Source: a virus. Taken from it: a stretch of DNA of 53,490 nt. A program made the translations under genes and the position numbers. The notes under the pieces are model-generated. The model ran no database searches. It saw only the letters and a program-made list of their open reading frames with translations, and was not told where the DNA came from. This document shows positions 18,278-26,946 of this stretch, in pieces. Within the stretch, counting starts at the first letter, position 1. Each line of letters starts with the position of its first letter. Where the stretch lies: UHGV virus genome UHGV-1366525, one strand, 5' to 3'.

Positions 18278-19599
18278 CGATTTATGAAAGAATAACAGCA
18301 TTTGACTATTTATTCTATAATTTACAAAACACAAATAGCAGAATTGAGAAAGAGCAACTTATCAAGCAGTTCTTAAAAGACTCTCCAGATTTACAAGATG
18401 ATTGGAAGTTCATCTTAGAAACCTTATCCGGAGAGCATCCCATCGGCTTTACATTTACTCCTCCTCCTTCTAACCCATATGCCGGTGACCTTAATCAGTC
18501 TATCTCTTCTGTCATAGAGTATCTTACTCATCTGCCTGATACTACAAATGATACAATCACAAAAGCAGAAAGATTCATAGGTAGAGAGTTAGGAGAGTTC
18601 ATTGCGCCGATTGTGAACAGAACCCTTCGCTTAGGTATCGGCAAATCTCTCCTGTCAACGAAAATTTATACACCGATGCTTGCAAAGAAGTTTGAGCCTT
18701 TTAAGCATAGACTCTCCGCTCTGCAGAGCTTCTTTATCACAGAGAAACTTGACGGTAATAGGTGTATAGCATCTTATGACTACAATCTTGGTACGTGGAG
18801 GTTTACCTCAAGAACCGGCAAACCACTCAAGGTCTGGTTCAATATGTCGAATTTCCCGAAAGACATTATTTTTGACGGTGAAATCTTATCGCAAGAACAG
18901 ACAGCATTATCTTACAAAAGAACGTATTATCTGATGAGTAACATCTCTGATATCTCATTGCAACCAGATTCCTCTCTCTTGTTCAACAAAACGACAGGAG
19001 CTATTTCTTCCGGCACCTCCGATAAATCTTCTCTTGTCTATAATATTTTTGATATTGTTGATAGCTCCAAATCTTACGAGCAACGACGTAAGATATTATC
19101 GCAGTTTATGCCGAATAATGACAAGATTCGGATTTTGCCTGTCTTGGCGGAGACTAAGAGCAAAGAAGAAGTTTCGTCTATTCTCGGCAAGATGACGCAG
19201 ATGGGAGCAGAAGGTATTATGCTGAATATTTCTGACGCGCCATATGAGCAGAAACGCTCTTCCTCATTGTTAAAATGCAAAAATGTCCAGACAATGGATA
19301 TGCTTGTTGTAGATATCTTTGAAGGTAAAGGCAAATATGAGAATCAATGTGGAGGTCTTATTTGTAAACTAATCACAGCATCTGGAGATGTCATCTCTTG
19401 TGAGGTAGGAACAGGCCTCTCTGATGCTGAGAGAGAAGAGTTCTGGTCTAACCCAGATTTAGTCATCGGCAAAGTTGTAGAGATTGGGTATCATGAGAAA
19501 TGTCAGTCGGCATCCACCTTGGGCACAAAACAATACTCATTAAGGTTCCCACGGTTTATTAAAATAAGGAGTGATAAAAAAGATGGCAGCGAATGGTAA
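18274..19599 (+). CDS. ATP-dependent DNA ligase
   Basis: Motif I KLDGNRC (lysine nucleophile), motif III FDGEIL, motif IV EGIMLN, motif V LLKCK. 441 aa. Confidence 0.85.
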   Translation: MTIYERITAFDYLFYNLQNTNSRIEKEQLIKQFLKDSPDLQDDWKFILETLSGEHPIGFTFTPPPSNPYAGDLNQSISSVIEYLTHLPDTTNDTITKAERFIGRELGEFIAPIVNRTLRLGIGKSLLSTKIYTPMLAKKFEPFKHRLSALQSFFITEKLDGNRCIASYDYNLGTWRFTSRTGKPLKVWFNMSNFPKDIIFDGEILSQEQTALSYKRTYYLMSNISDISLQPDSSLLFNKTTGAISSGTSDKSSLVYNIFDIVDSSKSYEQRRKILSQFMPNNDKIRILPVLAETKSKEEVSSILGKMTQMGAEGIMLNISDAPYEQKRSSSLLKCKNVQTMDMLVVDIFEGKGKYENQCGGLICKLITASGDVISCEVGTGLSDAEREEFWSNPDLVIGKVVEIGYHEKCQSASTLGTKQYSLRFPRFIKIRSDKKDGSEW

Positions 19600-20002
19600 T
19601 GATGAGTTTATAGAGAATCTAACCGTTCATCTCGAGCAAATTATTAAGTATTGTCAAGAACAGATTGATGATGCTAATACAAAGATTGATGCACTCGAGC
19701 AATCTCAACCTGTTAGGCTTGAAGATATGTCGCAATACTGGCTTGAGCGTGAGCGTTTCACGTTGATATTTATGAACTATATCGATACAGATATGTTTGA
19801 TAACATGTGGTGCGATTCCGGAACAACTGATTCTTTTCACTGGTGGCAAGATAGTGATGAATACTATATTGTCCATATGCCTTCTGGTATGATGGTGAAT
19901 TGGTACAAACATCTTGGCAGAACAAATACTTGTTCTCAGCCGTGGCGCAATGAGAAAGATTTTAAGGAATTTTGCAGACTTCTTGCAGAAGAAATCAAAT
20001 AA
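19583..20002 (+). CDS. hypothetical protein (139 aa)
   Basis: ATG at 19583 with AAGGAG 11 nt upstream. ORF-track frame is 19571..20002. Confidence 0.65.
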   Translation: MAANGNDEFIENLTVHLEQIIKYCQEQIDDANTKIDALEQSQPVRLEDMSQYWLERERFTLIFMNYIDTDMFDNMWCDSGTTDSFHWWQDSDEYYIVHMPSGMMVNWYKHLGRTNTCSQPWRNEKDFKEFCRLLAEEIK

Positions 20003-20012
20003 CCTTTATCCT

Positions 20013-20118
20013 TTTTAAGATATAATAGAAGGGAGGAATTAGAGTGCGGATTCTTTATCGAGACTCTATCTAATTCCTCCCTATTATATCTTAAAATCCA
20101 AATAGCTCGTATTCTGGG
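20013..20118. repeat. palindromic hairpin element, copy 2 (with 3' flank extension AAATAGCTCGTATTCTGGG)
   Basis: Arms TTTTTAAGATATAATAGAAGGGAGGAATTAGAG / CTCTATCTAATTCCTCCCTATTATATCTTAAAATCC. The extension is the reverse complement of the 5' extension of copy 3. Confidence 0.85.
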
Positions 20119-20178
20119 AGAGATTCTAAAAAGATTCATAATTCCGGAAAATCTGCATATAATATAATGTAGGAATTT

Positions 20179-20451
20179 TTGAGGAGAACAGCAATGAACG
20201 AGAAAATAACTATCAATGACCGTATTTTGCAGTATGGCGTTCTGTCGAGTGATGAAGGTTATCAGCTTTATCTTTATCCTGGTATGACAGTAGCAGAGAT
20301 TGCATTCGATGTGATGGTAACGATTAGACTCTTATTACAAGATGGTCATATTAAAGAGAAGGCAGAGTTTGACAAACTTGTAGAGAAATATTTCACAGAC
20401 CCACAATATGCACCTGTCCAGAAGAATGATATAGAGGTGAAAGATGATTGA
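20179..20451 (+). CDS. hypothetical protein (90 aa)
   Basis: ORF track. RBS GAGGAG. Confidence 0.65.
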   Translation: MRRTAMNEKITINDRILQYGVLSSDEGYQLYLYPGMTVAEIAFDVMVTIRLLLQDGHIKEKAEFDKLVEKYFTDPQYAPVQKNDIEVKDD

Positions 20452-21103
20452 AGTAAGAATTTTAAATCATAACTTCAATGGTATGCCTCTGTTCTTGGCG
20501 AAACTCACGCAGAGAGGAGAGAAAATATCGAACATGAACGACTTACTTCAGTTGTATCATGATTGTATTCATAAAGTTCCATCGAATGCTCTCTTGTCAC
20601 TGCCTCATTCAACAATCAAAAGAATGTGTCATTTGACTGTAGCAATCACAGGATTGTCTACAAAGTGTGTGTCTCAGCTTAGAACTCATGCAAAGAGAGC
20701 AACATTCATGTCTACATCAACACAATATAGTGCATTTGATAAACGTAAAGACAACTTCGATGATTTTGGCAATAAATATATGCGAGAAGCTTACAATATT
20801 GTGGAAGAGGCATATAGAAAATGTCTTGAGAATGGTGTAGACAAAGATATTGCCTCGTATCTCCTTCCTCAAGCTCTTAAGAAATCTCTTGTCATAGATG
20901 CAAATCTTGCAGACTGGGAGTACATGATGCAGACTCGTCTATGTTATAGAAATTCTCTTGAGACACAAGAAGTAATGCGAAAGATTCGGCAAGAGATAAG
21001 CCATTATTGTGGGAGAGAGTGGGTAATAAATATGGTTCCGAATTGTATGTTGCAAGGTTGTCAAGAAGGTAAATTTTCGTGTGGGAGGAAGTTTGAATTA
21101 TGA
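20444..21103 (+). CDS. possible flavin-dependent thymidylate synthase (ThyX-like), 219 aa
   Basis: Size, plus LRTHAKRATFMSTSTQY resembling the ThyX RHRxxSxxxxSxRY signature, plus a C-terminal N.L...QTR..R..ETQE pattern. Pattern-level only. Confidence 0.4.
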   Translation: MIEVRILNHNFNGMPLFLAKLTQRGEKISNMNDLLQLYHDCIHKVPSNALLSLPHSTIKRMCHLTVAITGLSTKCVSQLRTHAKRATFMSTSTQYSAFDKRKDNFDDFGNKYMREAYNIVEEAYRKCLENGVDKDIASYLLPQALKKSLVIDANLADWEYMMQTRLCYRNSLETQEVMRKIRQEISHYCGREWVINMVPNCMLQGCQEGKFSCGRKFEL

Positions 21104-21441
21104 CTTATGAAGAAGAAGTAAAATGTTTTGAAGAAATTGTGAAAGAAATGCTTGAGACTTTCAAAAGAAAGCGTGCAGATTATGGTCCGTCTACGACAGA
21201 TACATGGAAGTTGTATGGTCCGGTGTCTATGATGACGAGATTGCGTGATAAAATCAATAGACTTGACAATCTCCTTGTCCGGAATAGAGAACCTCTTGTC
21301 ATGGACGAAAGCATTGTTGATACTCTTTATGACCTTGCGAATTATGCAATAATTACTTGTATTGAGCTGGCTAAAGAGCGAGAAAATCTCAAAAAAGATT
21401 GTGTTAATGAGACATATCAGTATCCAATTCACAATTGTTGA
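21100..21441 (+). CDS. hypothetical all-alpha protein, possibly a MazG-like NTP pyrophosphohydrolase
   Basis: FEEIVKEMLETFKRKRADYG...ESIVDTLYDLANYAI. Association with the ThyX-like gene. Confidence 0.5.
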   Translation: MTYEEEVKCFEEIVKEMLETFKRKRADYGPSTTDTWKLYGPVSMMTRLRDKINRLDNLLVRNREPLVMDESIVDTLYDLANYAIITCIELAKERENLKKDCVNETYQYPIHNC

Positions 21442-21450
21442 CTAAAGGAG

Positions 21451-21861
21451 GTGAGTTTATTGAAAAAGGTATGGACGGCAAAAGATGTAGAATTTCTTCA
21501 AATGCTGATGATAGAACCTGTATCAATTTCGTCACCTATAGGTAATCCGGATACAGAGCAAGATACAGAGCTTGGAGATATGATACCAGACCAACAGCCT
21601 GGACCTGAAGAACTCGCCTCTATTGCATTTAGAAATAAGGTATTGGAAGATACAATAGAAGAATATCTTTGTCCGAGAGAACAAATTGTTATCAAGATGA
21701 GATATGGCTTGATAACAGGTCATCAGATGACTCTTGAAGAGGTCGGAGATAAGTTTGGAGTGACAAGAGAAAGAATAAGACAGATTGAAGCTAAAGCATT
21801 GAGACGATTGAAAATTGCTCTTGTAAATAGAAAACATTTAAGTTTTGGAGATATGTTATAA
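21451..21861 (+). CDS. free-standing sigma-70 C-terminal fragment (regions 3.2 and 4 only)
   Basis: LEEVGDKFGVTRERIRQIEAKALRRLK is nearly identical to region 4.2 of primary sigma factors (RpoD/SigA: LEEVGKxFxVTRERIRQIEAKALRKLRH). Region 4.1 reads LCPREQIVIKMRYGL. Region 3.2-like SPIGNPDTEQDTELGDMIPD. No region 2. The likely start is TTG at 21460 (AGGAGG at 21445). Confidence 0.85.
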   Translation: MSLLKKVWTAKDVEFLQMLMIEPVSISSPIGNPDTEQDTELGDMIPDQQPGPEELASIAFRNKVLEDTIEEYLCPREQIVIKMRYGLITGHQMTLEEVGDKFGVTRERIRQIEAKALRRLKIALVNRKHLSFGDML

Positions 21862-23063
21862 TGTCAGAAAGAAATCATGCTATATTGTCTGCATCTGCCG
21901 CTCACAGATGGCTGTATTGTACGCCATCGGCAAGACTTGAGCAAGAAGAAGGCGCGAATGAGTGTTCTGTCTATGCAGAAGAAGGAACGGCAGCACATGC
22001 GTTAGCAGAATTAAAGCTCTCATATACGTACGGGCATATCTCATATTATGACTATCAGAAAGCATATGATGAGTTTAAGACGACATCAGAATATGCTAAG
22101 TATTATAATCCGGAGTTTGAGGAGTTTGTAGATTCATTTGTAGATTATGTGTGCTCACAGACAGATGGTCTTAAAAACTTTCATATCTATTTTGAGTTGA
22201 GAGTAAACTTCTCTAATGTGGTGCCACAAGGATTTGGTACGAGTGACGTTGTGATTGTAGATGAAGAGCAGATTCACATTATTGACTTGAAGTTTGGCAA
22301 AGGCGTGCCTGTATCGGCAATAAATAATCCACAGCTCCGTCTATATGGTATGGGAGCATTAAATCTATTTCCTAATACCAAGACAATTAAAATGTCTATT
22401 AACCAGCCCCGTTTGGCCTCTTGTGATTCCGAGGTCTTGACAAAGAAAGAACTTCTTGATTGGTCATTTAATTTTGTCAAGCCAAGAGCTGATGAGGCAA
22501 TAGAAGGAAAAGGCGTATTTCATGCATCAGAAGATGCCTGCAGATTCTGCAAACTCAGAGGTAAATGCAAAGTACGCGCAGACCAGCAACTCGCCGTTGC
22601 ACAGAAAGAATTTGAGATTGTAGAAGAAAAACAATTCTCGGTGACAGCTTTAGATGAGCAACAGATTGCGAACATCTTAGAAGTTGCACCGTTATTTATA
22701 GATTGGTTCAAAGATGTCCAGTCGTACGCATTAGGTCAGTTGATGCGTGGCGTAAAAATACCGGGCTTTAAGTTGGTAGAAGGCAGGAGCAACAGAGTAA
22801 TTATTGATGAGAACAAAGTGAAAGAAACTCTCATCTCAGCAGGCTATAAAGAGGAAGAGCTTACGAAACCTGCAGAGATGTTAGGTCTCTCGAAACTTGA
22901 AACTCTCGTTGGTAAGAAGAAATTGCAGGAACTTTGTGCTGACTACATTGTAAAGCCGCAAGGTAAGCTGACATTGGCTCCGGAAAGTGACAGGCGACCG
23001 GAGGTATCATCTCTTGTAGCGGCTCAAAATGAGTTTGCTGCATTTCCTGTCGAAGAAGATTAA
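21861..23063 (+). CDS. Cas4-like / PD-(D/E)xK exonuclease (DUF2800-type) with C-terminal Cys cluster
   Basis: N-terminal LSASAAHRWLYCTPS, ...IIDLKFGKG..., C-terminal CRFCKLRGKCKV (Fe-S-like). Confidence 0.65.
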   Translation: MSERNHAILSASAAHRWLYCTPSARLEQEEGANECSVYAEEGTAAHALAELKLSYTYGHISYYDYQKAYDEFKTTSEYAKYYNPEFEEFVDSFVDYVCSQTDGLKNFHIYFELRVNFSNVVPQGFGTSDVVIVDEEQIHIIDLKFGKGVPVSAINNPQLRLYGMGALNLFPNTKTIKMSINQPRLASCDSEVLTKKELLDWSFNFVKPRADEAIEGKGVFHASEDACRFCKLRGKCKVRADQQLAVAQKEFEIVEEKQFSVTALDEQQIANILEVAPLFIDWFKDVQSYALGQLMRGVKIPGFKLVEGRSNRVIIDENKVKETLISAGYKEEELTKPAEMLGLSKLETLVGKKKLQELCADYIVKPQGKLTLAPESDRRPEVSSLVAAQNEFAAFPVEED

Positions 23064-23082
23064 CATGTCAAAGGAGATTATC

Positions 23083-23628
23083 ATGGAAACAGTTAGCACA
23101 AAGGTTGTCACAGGAAAATGCCGGTTCTCGTTTGTAAATGCGTTCGAGCCCAAGTCTTTCGCGGAAGGCATGGAGCCGAAGTACTCGGTTATGTTGCTCA
23201 TTCCGAAGAGTGACGTCGGAACTATTGAGCGCATGAAGAAGGCGATTGACGCTGCGGCACAGAAAGGACTCTCCACCAAGTTTGGTGGCAAGATGCCCGC
23301 TGTTCTAAAGACTACCCTCAAAGATGCAGACAAAGACACGAATCAAGACGGCGAAGTTTTGAAGGATATTTGGCCTTATGCAGCAGGTCATTATGTCATC
23401 AATGTGTCGAGCAAGAATGCCCCGCAGGTTGTTGATGCGGACCGTAATCCTATTATGGACCCCACAGAATTATATTCTGGCTGTTATGGTCGTGCGAGCA
23501 TTAACTTCTTTGCTTATAACACAAATGGCAATAAGGGAATCTCGGCAGGACTTGGCAACTTGCAAAAACTTGAAGATGGTGAGCCTCTCGGAACGATGAC
23601 AACAGCAGACCAAGACTTCAAGGACTAA
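23083..23628 (+). CDS. DUF2815-like phage ssDNA-binding protein
   Basis: TGKCRFSFVNAFEP...PKYSVMLLIPKSD matches my recollection of the DUF2815 signature. Start at 23083 with AAGGAG at 6-nt spacing. Follows the DUF2800-type nuclease as in known phage modules. Confidence 0.6.
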   Translation: METVSTKVVTGKCRFSFVNAFEPKSFAEGMEPKYSVMLLIPKSDVGTIERMKKAIDAAAQKGLSTKFGGKMPAVLKTTLKDADKDTNQDGEVLKDIWPYAAGHYVINVSSKNAPQVVDADRNPIMDPTELYSGCYGRASINFFAYNTNGNKGISAGLGNLQKLEDGEPLGTMTTADQDFKD

Positions 23629-23639
23629 TAGATTTAATA

Positions 23640-23665
23640 AGAGCAGACTGACCCTGCTCTTTTAT
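23640..23665 (+). terminator. intrinsic terminator (AGAGCAG-ACTGACC-CTGCTCT then TTTTAT)
   Basis: 7-bp stem followed by a T tract, directly after the 23628 stop and before the tRNA cluster. Confidence 0.6.
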
Positions 23666-23740
23666 CGAGGTGTAGCGCAATGGTAGCGCGCTTGCTTTGG
23701 GAGCAAGATGCTGCAGGTTCGAGTCCTGTCACCTCGACCA
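23666..23740 (+). tRNA. tRNA-Pro (anticodon TGG)
   Basis: Cloverleaf folded by hand: acceptor CGAGGTG/CACCTCG, D arm GCGC, anticodon loop TTTGGGA, T loop TTCGAGT, encoded CCA. Confidence 0.85.
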
Positions 23741-23743
23741 TCT

Positions 23744-23819
23744 GGACCTATAGCACAATGGTGAGTGCATCCGGCTCATAACCGGACGGTTTTTGGTTCG
23801 AGTCCAAATAGGTCCACCA
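23744..23819 (+). tRNA. tRNA-Met (anticodon CAT; initiator/elongator/Ile2 not resolved)
   Basis: Acceptor GGACCTA/TAGGTCC, anticodon stem TCCGG/CCGGA with loop CTCATAA, T arm TTTGG-TTCGAGT-CCAAA, CCA. Confidence 0.85.
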
Positions 23820-23822
23820 TTT

Positions 23823-23898
23823 GCTGGTATAGCTCAATAGGCAGAGCAACTGACTTGTAATCAGTAGGTTGTCGGTTCAAGTCCGACTATCAGCTCCA
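23823..23898 (+). tRNA. tRNA-Thr (anticodon TGT)
   Basis: Acceptor GCTGGTA/TATCAGC (one G-U), anticodon stem ACTGA/TCAGT with loop CTTGTAA, T loop TTCAAGT, CCA. Confidence 0.85.
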
Positions 23899-23990
23899 AT
23901 CTCTACAACTGAACTCTTTAGCGAACAATCAAAATCCCCCGAAAGGTTTATCAGTTTGCCGTGATAAGAAAGCAGGTTGTAGAGAACTAA

Positions 23991-24065
23991 TGGGGTTTAG
24001 CCAAGCGGTAAGGCATGGGACTTTGACTCCCACATTCACAGGTTCAAATCCTGTAACCCCAGCCA
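23991..24065 (+). tRNA. tRNA-Gln (anticodon TTG)
   Basis: Near-identical architecture to E. coli tRNA-Gln(UUG) (UGGGGU..GCCAAGCGGUAAGGC..CUUUGAC..UUCAAAUCC..ACCCCAGCCA). U1-A72 pair. Confidence 0.85.
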
Positions 24066-24073
24066 TTAAATAT

Positions 24074-24173
24074 GAGGGTATAGCTCAATTGGACAGAGCT
24101 CATGCGCAATCGTAAGTAGGAGTAGCTAACCGAACACACGATGACCCAAGTTCGATTCTTGGTACCTTCACCA
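24074..24173 (+). tRNA. aberrant 100-nt tRNA-like sequence (intron-containing tRNA or pseudo-tRNA; anticodon unassigned)
   Basis: Good acceptor stem GAGGGTA/TACCTTC, D arm GCTC-AATTGGACA-GAGC, T arm CCAAG-TTCGATT-CTTGG and CCA. The 45 nt between D and T arms contain no canonical 5-bp/7-nt anticodon hairpin when checked by hand. Confidence 0.4.
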
Positions 24174-24194
24174 TTAAAACAATAGGAGGGCATT

Positions 24195-24364
24195 ATGAGA
24201 GGACATATTCCAAACTGGATTAAAGAGGCTGCTAAATCAGAAATAGAAAAACATGGTGTACTTATGGCGCGTCATTATGCTTGTTATAACACGAATTGGA
24301 GCAATCCAAATATTGACGACTTGCGCTTGATTTCCGCTATTGAAAAGTTGGGAGGTTTGAAATG
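24195..24364 (+). CDS. small hypothetical protein (56 aa, below the ORF-track cutoff)
   Basis: AGGAGG RBS, MRGHIPNWIKEAAKSEIEKHGVLMARHYACYNTNW..., ATGA overlap with the next gene. Confidence 0.5.
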
Positions 24365-24661
24365 ACACACGATGAATTAGTAGAAGCGTTTTGTGAAGAG
24401 AATGGTTACAAAATATGTCCATTGACAGAAAATGTAGGTAATATTTGTTATAATCCTGTTGACTGTGAACATTGTAATGAACGATACATAACATGGTTAT
24501 GCAACAAAGAGTTAAACAAAAGATATTTTAAGAAGGCTTATATGAAGTTCTTTGAAAAGTTAAATTTTGACAAAGATTTTTGCAATAAATTTAATAAAGC
24601 AACATTAGGTTGTCAAATTAAAATGTTTGAAGATATACTTGATGAGGAGATGAACAAATGA
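24362..24661 (+). CDS. hypothetical protein (99 aa, CEHC motif)
   Basis: ORF track. RBS GGGAGG. Confidence 0.65.
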   Translation: MTHDELVEAFCEENGYKICPLTENVGNICYNPVDCEHCNERYITWLCNKELNKRYFKKAYMKFFEKLNFDKDFCNKFNKATLGCQIKMFEDILDEEMNK

Positions 24662-25146
24662 GCGCATGGCCTGAATACAGTTATATAAATGGAGCAGGTG
24701 AATGGGATAACTTCGGCAGATATTGGCCTGATGCTAAATTAGATACACAGCATTTCATTGATGTATATAAAGGTTATATCTTGCAGGGAGTAGGTTCTGT
24801 TGAATGCGCTAAGAGAACCATTGCAGCTCTTAAAGATGAGAAAGATGGTCAACTAATAACAGGATTCTTTGGACCTAATTCTCAGCCAAAAGAAAATTGG
24901 GCTTACAAAGTATTAAGAGATGATGGCAAGGTATGTCCTATTTGTGGCAAGAAGTTAGACGGTACAGGAGTTGCCGATAGTCATGGCTCTCATCTTTGTA
25001 GCAATTGTATTACAGGTCATGACATTCAGAATAGCAATGTCTTATTTGCATTAAATTTCATGATTAAGTGGCTCTCTGCAAATGCAGATGAGAAACTCTT
25101 AAACAAATTTATTGATTTCTTGTATACTTTAAGAGGTGAACGATGA
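24658..25146 (+). CDS. hypothetical protein with zinc ribbon (CPICG...CSNC), 162 aa
   Basis: ORF track. RBS GAGGAG. Confidence 0.7.
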   Translation: MSAWPEYSYINGAGEWDNFGRYWPDAKLDTQHFIDVYKGYILQGVGSVECAKRTIAALKDEKDGQLITGFFGPNSQPKENWAYKVLRDDGKVCPICGKKLDGTGVADSHGSHLCSNCITGHDIQNSNVLFALNFMIKWLSANADEKLLNKFIDFLYTLRGER

Positions 25147-25325
25147 TTAAAATTATTGAGCATGGATATAAAACGTACGAAATCTATTGTGATAATTGTA
25201 ATTGTCATTTTAAGTATGACATCAGCGATATAATAAATGGACATGTTTATTGTCCGGATTGTGGAAGTGTACTTGTTCATTTTATATCTAATAATACAGG
25301 AGAAACATGTGGAGATGAAGAATGA
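25143..25325 (+). CDS. small zinc-ribbon protein (CDNCNC...CPDCG), 60 aa
   Basis: ORF track. RBS AGAGGTG. Confidence 0.65.
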   Translation: MIKIIEHGYKTYEIYCDNCNCHFKYDISDIINGHVYCPDCGSVLVHFISNNTGETCGDEE

Positions 25326-25677
25326 GCTTGAGAGTTCGATTCAGCGTCGTTGTCAAAAGATAATTAAAGACAACGACGCGTTTGTATTTAAGACACATGG
25401 TGATATGTATGGGAGAGCAGGAATTCCCGACCTTGTAGCCTGTGTTCCTGTTGATGTTACCACATTAGAGAAAATGATGCAAGAAGATTGGTTCTCTAAC
25501 AAGACAATCGGTATATTCGTAGGCATAGAATTGAAACGACCAGGTCATATGAGTGAAGTCTCTTCCGCACAGATTATTGTAGGCAAAGAGATTAAAAAGG
25601 CTGGCGGTCTTTGGTATGCGACAGATGATGTTGATACAATAGAGGCTCTGATGTTGACAATGAGAGGTAAGATTTAA
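25315..25677 (+). CDS. VRR-NUC domain nuclease (PD-(D/E)xK)
   Basis: GIPDLVACVP...FVGIELKRPG gives the D...ExK arrangement typical of VRR-NUC. Internal start at 25315 (MKNELESS) with AGGAGA RBS. Adjacent to an SNF2 helicase, as in many phages. Confidence 0.7.
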   Translation: MKNELESSIQRRCQKIIKDNDAFVFKTHGDMYGRAGIPDLVACVPVDVTTLEKMMQEDWFSNKTIGIFVGIELKRPGHMSEVSSAQIIVGKEIKKAGGLWYATDDVDTIEALMLTMRGKI

Positions 25678-26945
25678 TGCAGTATGTAGATTATGTAAAT
25701 CATCGTCGGCAATATCAAGAACTCGGCAGAGACCTTCTCTTGACAAAGAAACATGCTTGTCTATTTTTTGAGCCCGGAAAAGGAAAGACGTATCCTTGCA
25801 TTGATGCAATGAGAGAAATTGATAAGCAAAAAGATGGCAAGGCGAATGTGCTGATTATCTCATCGGCAGATGCTATCCGTAGAATGTGGAACGTAGATAT
25901 AGTTCCTCAGCATATCTTGCCGAAGAATACTTTTCTTGTCACAGACAGAACAGCAATAGGTGATACTTCTCAAATCCTCTTGGCAAAGAGATGGGATATT
26001 CTTGTTGTAGATGAATGTCATATCCTTAAAGCGAATAGTTCAAAGATTCATAAGTTAATCTATAAACTTGCAAAGAATATTGATTATGTATGGGGATTAA
26101 CCGGAACACCACGAGGCAATAGTGACATTGATATTTGGTGTCAATTGCAGGCGATGTGGATTGGTGGTCAAGGTAAATTCTCTTATACGGCATGGACGAG
26201 AACTTTCTGTGATTTTGAGACAGGTTATTCAGCATATGGCAGATTTCAAAAGCCAACAGGTCTTAAAGAAAAGTATCGTTCATGGTGGAATGATTTGCTT
26301 GATGAGTGTTGCCTGTTTGTAAATTACGATGAAGAAGATGACATGCCAGACCTCAATATTGAAGTATTGAAGGTACCTTATAAAAAGACAGAAGATTATG
26401 ACAATGCTATCCAAGGCATTATTTCTGTTGGAGAGTTCGCCACGACAATGCAAAAGATTGTGGCAATAAATAAAGCTCAGCAGGTCTGTAATGGATACAT
26501 CTATTTGCCTGATAAATCTGTGCATAGGTATCATGCAAATGGCAAGATACAATATCTTGATGCTCTCTTAAAAGGACAAAAGACAGTTATTGTATATAAG
26601 CATATTGCAGATTATGAGGAACTTCTTGCTCATTATGGTAAGAGAGCGACAAATGATATTGATGTATTTAAGCTTGGTCGGCATGAGATATTACTTCTGC
26701 AATGTGGAGAATGTAAATCATTTAACTTGCAATCTCATTGTCATCTAATCATCTTCTACACAATGGATTATTCATTTATCAAGTTTAAGCAGATGATTCA
26801 TAGATGTTGGCGTCTCGGACAGAATATTGCGACAAATGTCATTGTAATGCAGCACGAAGGTACTGTTGAGAAACAGATATGGAATGCTGTACAAGGAAAA
26901 TACAAGATTCACGATTTGTATATGAGTATCAAAAAGGCGGTGTGA
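25677..26945 (+). CDS. SNF2/DEAD-like superfamily-2 helicase
   Basis: Walker A EPGKGKTY, DEXH box LVVDECHILK, SNF2-type LTGTPRGNS, C-terminal helicase domain. Confidence 0.8.
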   Translation: MQYVDYVNHRRQYQELGRDLLLTKKHACLFFEPGKGKTYPCIDAMREIDKQKDGKANVLIISSADAIRRMWNVDIVPQHILPKNTFLVTDRTAIGDTSQILLAKRWDILVVDECHILKANSSKIHKLIYKLAKNIDYVWGLTGTPRGNSDIDIWCQLQAMWIGGQGKFSYTAWTRTFCDFETGYSAYGRFQKPTGLKEKYRSWWNDLLDECCLFVNYDEEDDMPDLNIEVLKVPYKKTEDYDNAIQGIISVGEFATTMQKIVAINKAQQVCNGYIYLPDKSVHRYHANGKIQYLDALLKGQKTVIVYKHIADYEELLAHYGKRATNDIDVFKLGRHEILLLQCGECKSFNLQSHCHLIIFYTMDYSFIKFKQMIHRCWRLGQNIATNVIVMQHEGTVEKQIWNAVQGKYKIHDLYMSIKKAV

Positions 26946-26946
26946 T

